A stretch of 64,000 nt of DNA from positions 254,636,001 to 254,700,000 of the forward strand of contig NC_086097.1 in NCBI RefSeq assembly GCF_963921235.1, given 5' to 3'. Below, piece after piece: positions 61,885 to 64,000 of this stretch. Position 1 is the first letter of the stretch. Each line of letters begins with the position of its first letter. This DNA comes from Mobula hypostoma. Its lineage: Eukaryota. The position numbers and the translations under genes are program-made. The notes beneath the pieces are model-generated. The model had not been told where the DNA came from, made no database searches, and was given only the letters and a program-made list of their open reading frames with translations.

Positions 61885-62478
61885 GCAGGTGAAGGGGTGA
61901 GCAGTTTCAAGTTCCCGAACGTCAATGCTTTTGAAGACCTATCCCGAGCCCAAAACACTGATACAATTACAGAGAAGGCACACCAGCAGCTATAGGAGTT
62001 TGAGGAGATTTGGTATGCCAGCAAAGACACTCACAAATTTCCACAGATTTCCATGGAGAGTATTCCAACTGGTTGCATCATCATCTGGTATGGAGGGGGA
62101 CTGCACGGGATCAGAAACAGATGCAGAGAGTTGCGGGCTCAGTGGGCTCTCTCATGGGCTCTAGCCTCAAAACATGGCATCTGTCATTAGGACCCTCACC
62201 TGCTGGCCACACTTTCTTCTCATCGCTACTTTCGAGGAGGTTATTCAGGAGACTGAAGACACACACTCAACATCTTGGTAACAGCTTCTTCCCCTTCTCA
62301 ATGGACAACATACACTACCTCACCTCCTTTTATTGGCTCTCTTTTTGCACTACTTATTTATTATGCATATTTTTCTTAATGTAATTTATATTTGTGTTAT
62401 TATATACTGGAATATACTGCTGCTACAAAACAACAAATTTCACAACATAGGCCAGTGAAATAATATCTGATCCTGCTC
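61885..62478 (+). mobile_element. Decayed Rex1-like 3' fragment
   Basis: SLRRFGM..KTLTNF; RRLKTHTQHLGNSFFP. Confidence 0.65.
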
Positions 62479-63024
62479 TGAGGCACAAACAGGGCAAACA
62501 AATGTAAATAACCAGGAGGCAGGGAATTAACCAGTAGGTGATCTAGAAGGGAGTTGGGGGTGGGGCTGGGAATCAGCAGAGACCTGGTTGGGGTCTCGAC
62601 CTAACTGGCCAGAAGGGTGGTGACAAGCATCACGTTTAAAGAGGTATCAGGCTGGATGAACGGGGGTAAAGTACCAGACTCTCCACCAAGGGCTCATGAA
62701 AAGTGGCATCTACATGAGGAGCTGCTGCACAAATGAATCGGTTTTGGAAGCAATAACCCATAAGGAATGGATCTGGCAATCATCCCCAGATATGAAATTA
62801 AATTTACTGGAGTCATTTAAAAAAAGTTGCCTGTAGCTCTTCATGGATGTACATTTCAATCTGCTGAGTATATTCTTTCTATGTCCATTAAGTGATGTCC
62901 CATTACCAAAATAGTTCAGTACAACCTCAATACATGGTGAAGATAAATTGGGTGCCTTACATTTGCTGCTGTTACGAGCCTCTAAGATCAAGACTGACAG
63001 CTCTATCCTTTACAACTCACCCAT

Positions 63025-63287
63025 TAGGGACAACCCTTTAAAACAGAGATGAAGAAGAATTTCTGTAGCTGGAGGCTGATGAATCTGAGGAATTCATTGG
63101 CACAGGTGGCTGTGGAGGCCAAGTTATTGGGTATACTTCGAGTAGAGATTAATAAGTTCTTGCTTAGTCAGGATGTTAAAGGTTACAGGAGAAGGCAGGA
63201 GAGGGGTAGAAATCAACCACGATGGAATGACAGAGAAGACTTGATGGGCTTAATGGTCTGGTTCTGTTCCTATGTTTTATGGTCTTA
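63025..63287 (+). mobile_element. Old CR1 3' end fragment
   Basis: EMKKNF...NL.NSL.Q.AVEA; 3' UTR motif. Confidence 0.7.
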
Positions 63288-63654
63288 ATTTCTTATTTGG
63301 TCATTGACAATATGACCCTGGAGAGTGTTCATAATCCCTTCAATGATCTTGTGACCATCAATCCCTCTTCCATATTCAAAATAATGGAGGCGAGTGATTT
63401 GGACAGCAGGTTATTACCCTAGTTGGCTTCTGATCAGGTGAAGTATTCAGAGAAATCATGCAATTCCTCAAACAGCTCCCTGCTTCTGGTACGTCTGTTG
63501 TCAAGTAGGAAAGGAGTCCAGCATGTCAGTTGGTGAATTCATCTCGACAAATAGAAGGACTTATTGCTCCTAAACTTGTCTGCTGCCCAACTTTGGCAAA
63601 GGCTTACAAACGTTAGAAAGCTACACCTTGCAGATTGTTTAGCTGGTTTCGTCC

Positions 63655-63748
63655 CCATTGACCAGGTGGTAGTTAACTGCCCATAATGCCTTTCCTCTGT
63701 CTCCATTGACCAGGTGGTAGTTAACTGCCCATATGGCCTTTCCTTTGT
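63655..63748. repeat. 48-bp tandem duplication
   Basis: ccattgaccaggtggtagttaactgcccat starts at 63655 and again at 63703. Confidence 0.95.
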
Positions 63749-64000
63749 GTTTTAAATACAATTGAGTAGCTTGCAGAGGGGGCAAGAGAGAGTGAACATT
63801 ATTGGCAATGGGTAGAATAGGCATCATATAGGGGGACCCTCATGTAAGTATATTCATAAACCAGTTAGGATTAGGTTGCCAACTTGGTCTGAATGCTTTG
63901 CACTAGTTCATCAAAATTTTCCAGACATTTCCGAGCCTTTCATTGCTTCTCTTGTAGAAGAGCCAAGTTACATTTATACTTGATAGCCTATTGGAAGAAA

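Overview
Vertebrate genomic DNA made almost entirely of repeats. The mix of CR1 LINEs with SGNH-esterase ORF1, Rex1/Babar-type LINEs, Penelope-like elements, a V-SINE and an L1/Tx1-type fragment points by inference to a cartilaginous fish, probably a ray. I found no convincing host protein-coding exon. The only clear host genes are two intact tRNA-Ala(AGC) genes on the minus strand (41248-41320, 44888-44960). Main elements: (1) a young CR1 with an uninterrupted endonuclease+RT ORF2 (13471-16326) and a near-identical sister copy carrying one nonsense codon (51041-54010); (2) three decayed, roughly full-length CR1s with ORF1; (3) a ~5 kb hAT (Tip100/ZMYM1-like) DNA transposon with TIRs and an 8-bp TSD (20358-25319), carrying a 25-bp minisatellite, a nested Rex1 fragment and a nested 617-bp TIR element with a 6-bp TSD; (4) an L1-clade 3' fragment with a 16-bp TSD; (5) a candidate solo LTR. 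The most interesting signals are minimal hammerhead-ribozyme motifs in the Penelope-like repeats, fold-back Penelope insertions with 13-bp TSDs, a 956-bp internally deleted Rex1 encoding a YxxxxL-phi (eIF4E-binding-like) peptide, three ~45-bp Rex1 tail micro-insertions truncated at about the same site, an unexplained 28-bp-arm hairpin, and an unassigned decayed coding-like block at the right end. Boundaries of degraded repeats are approximate, and family names come from motif recognition, not database searches.
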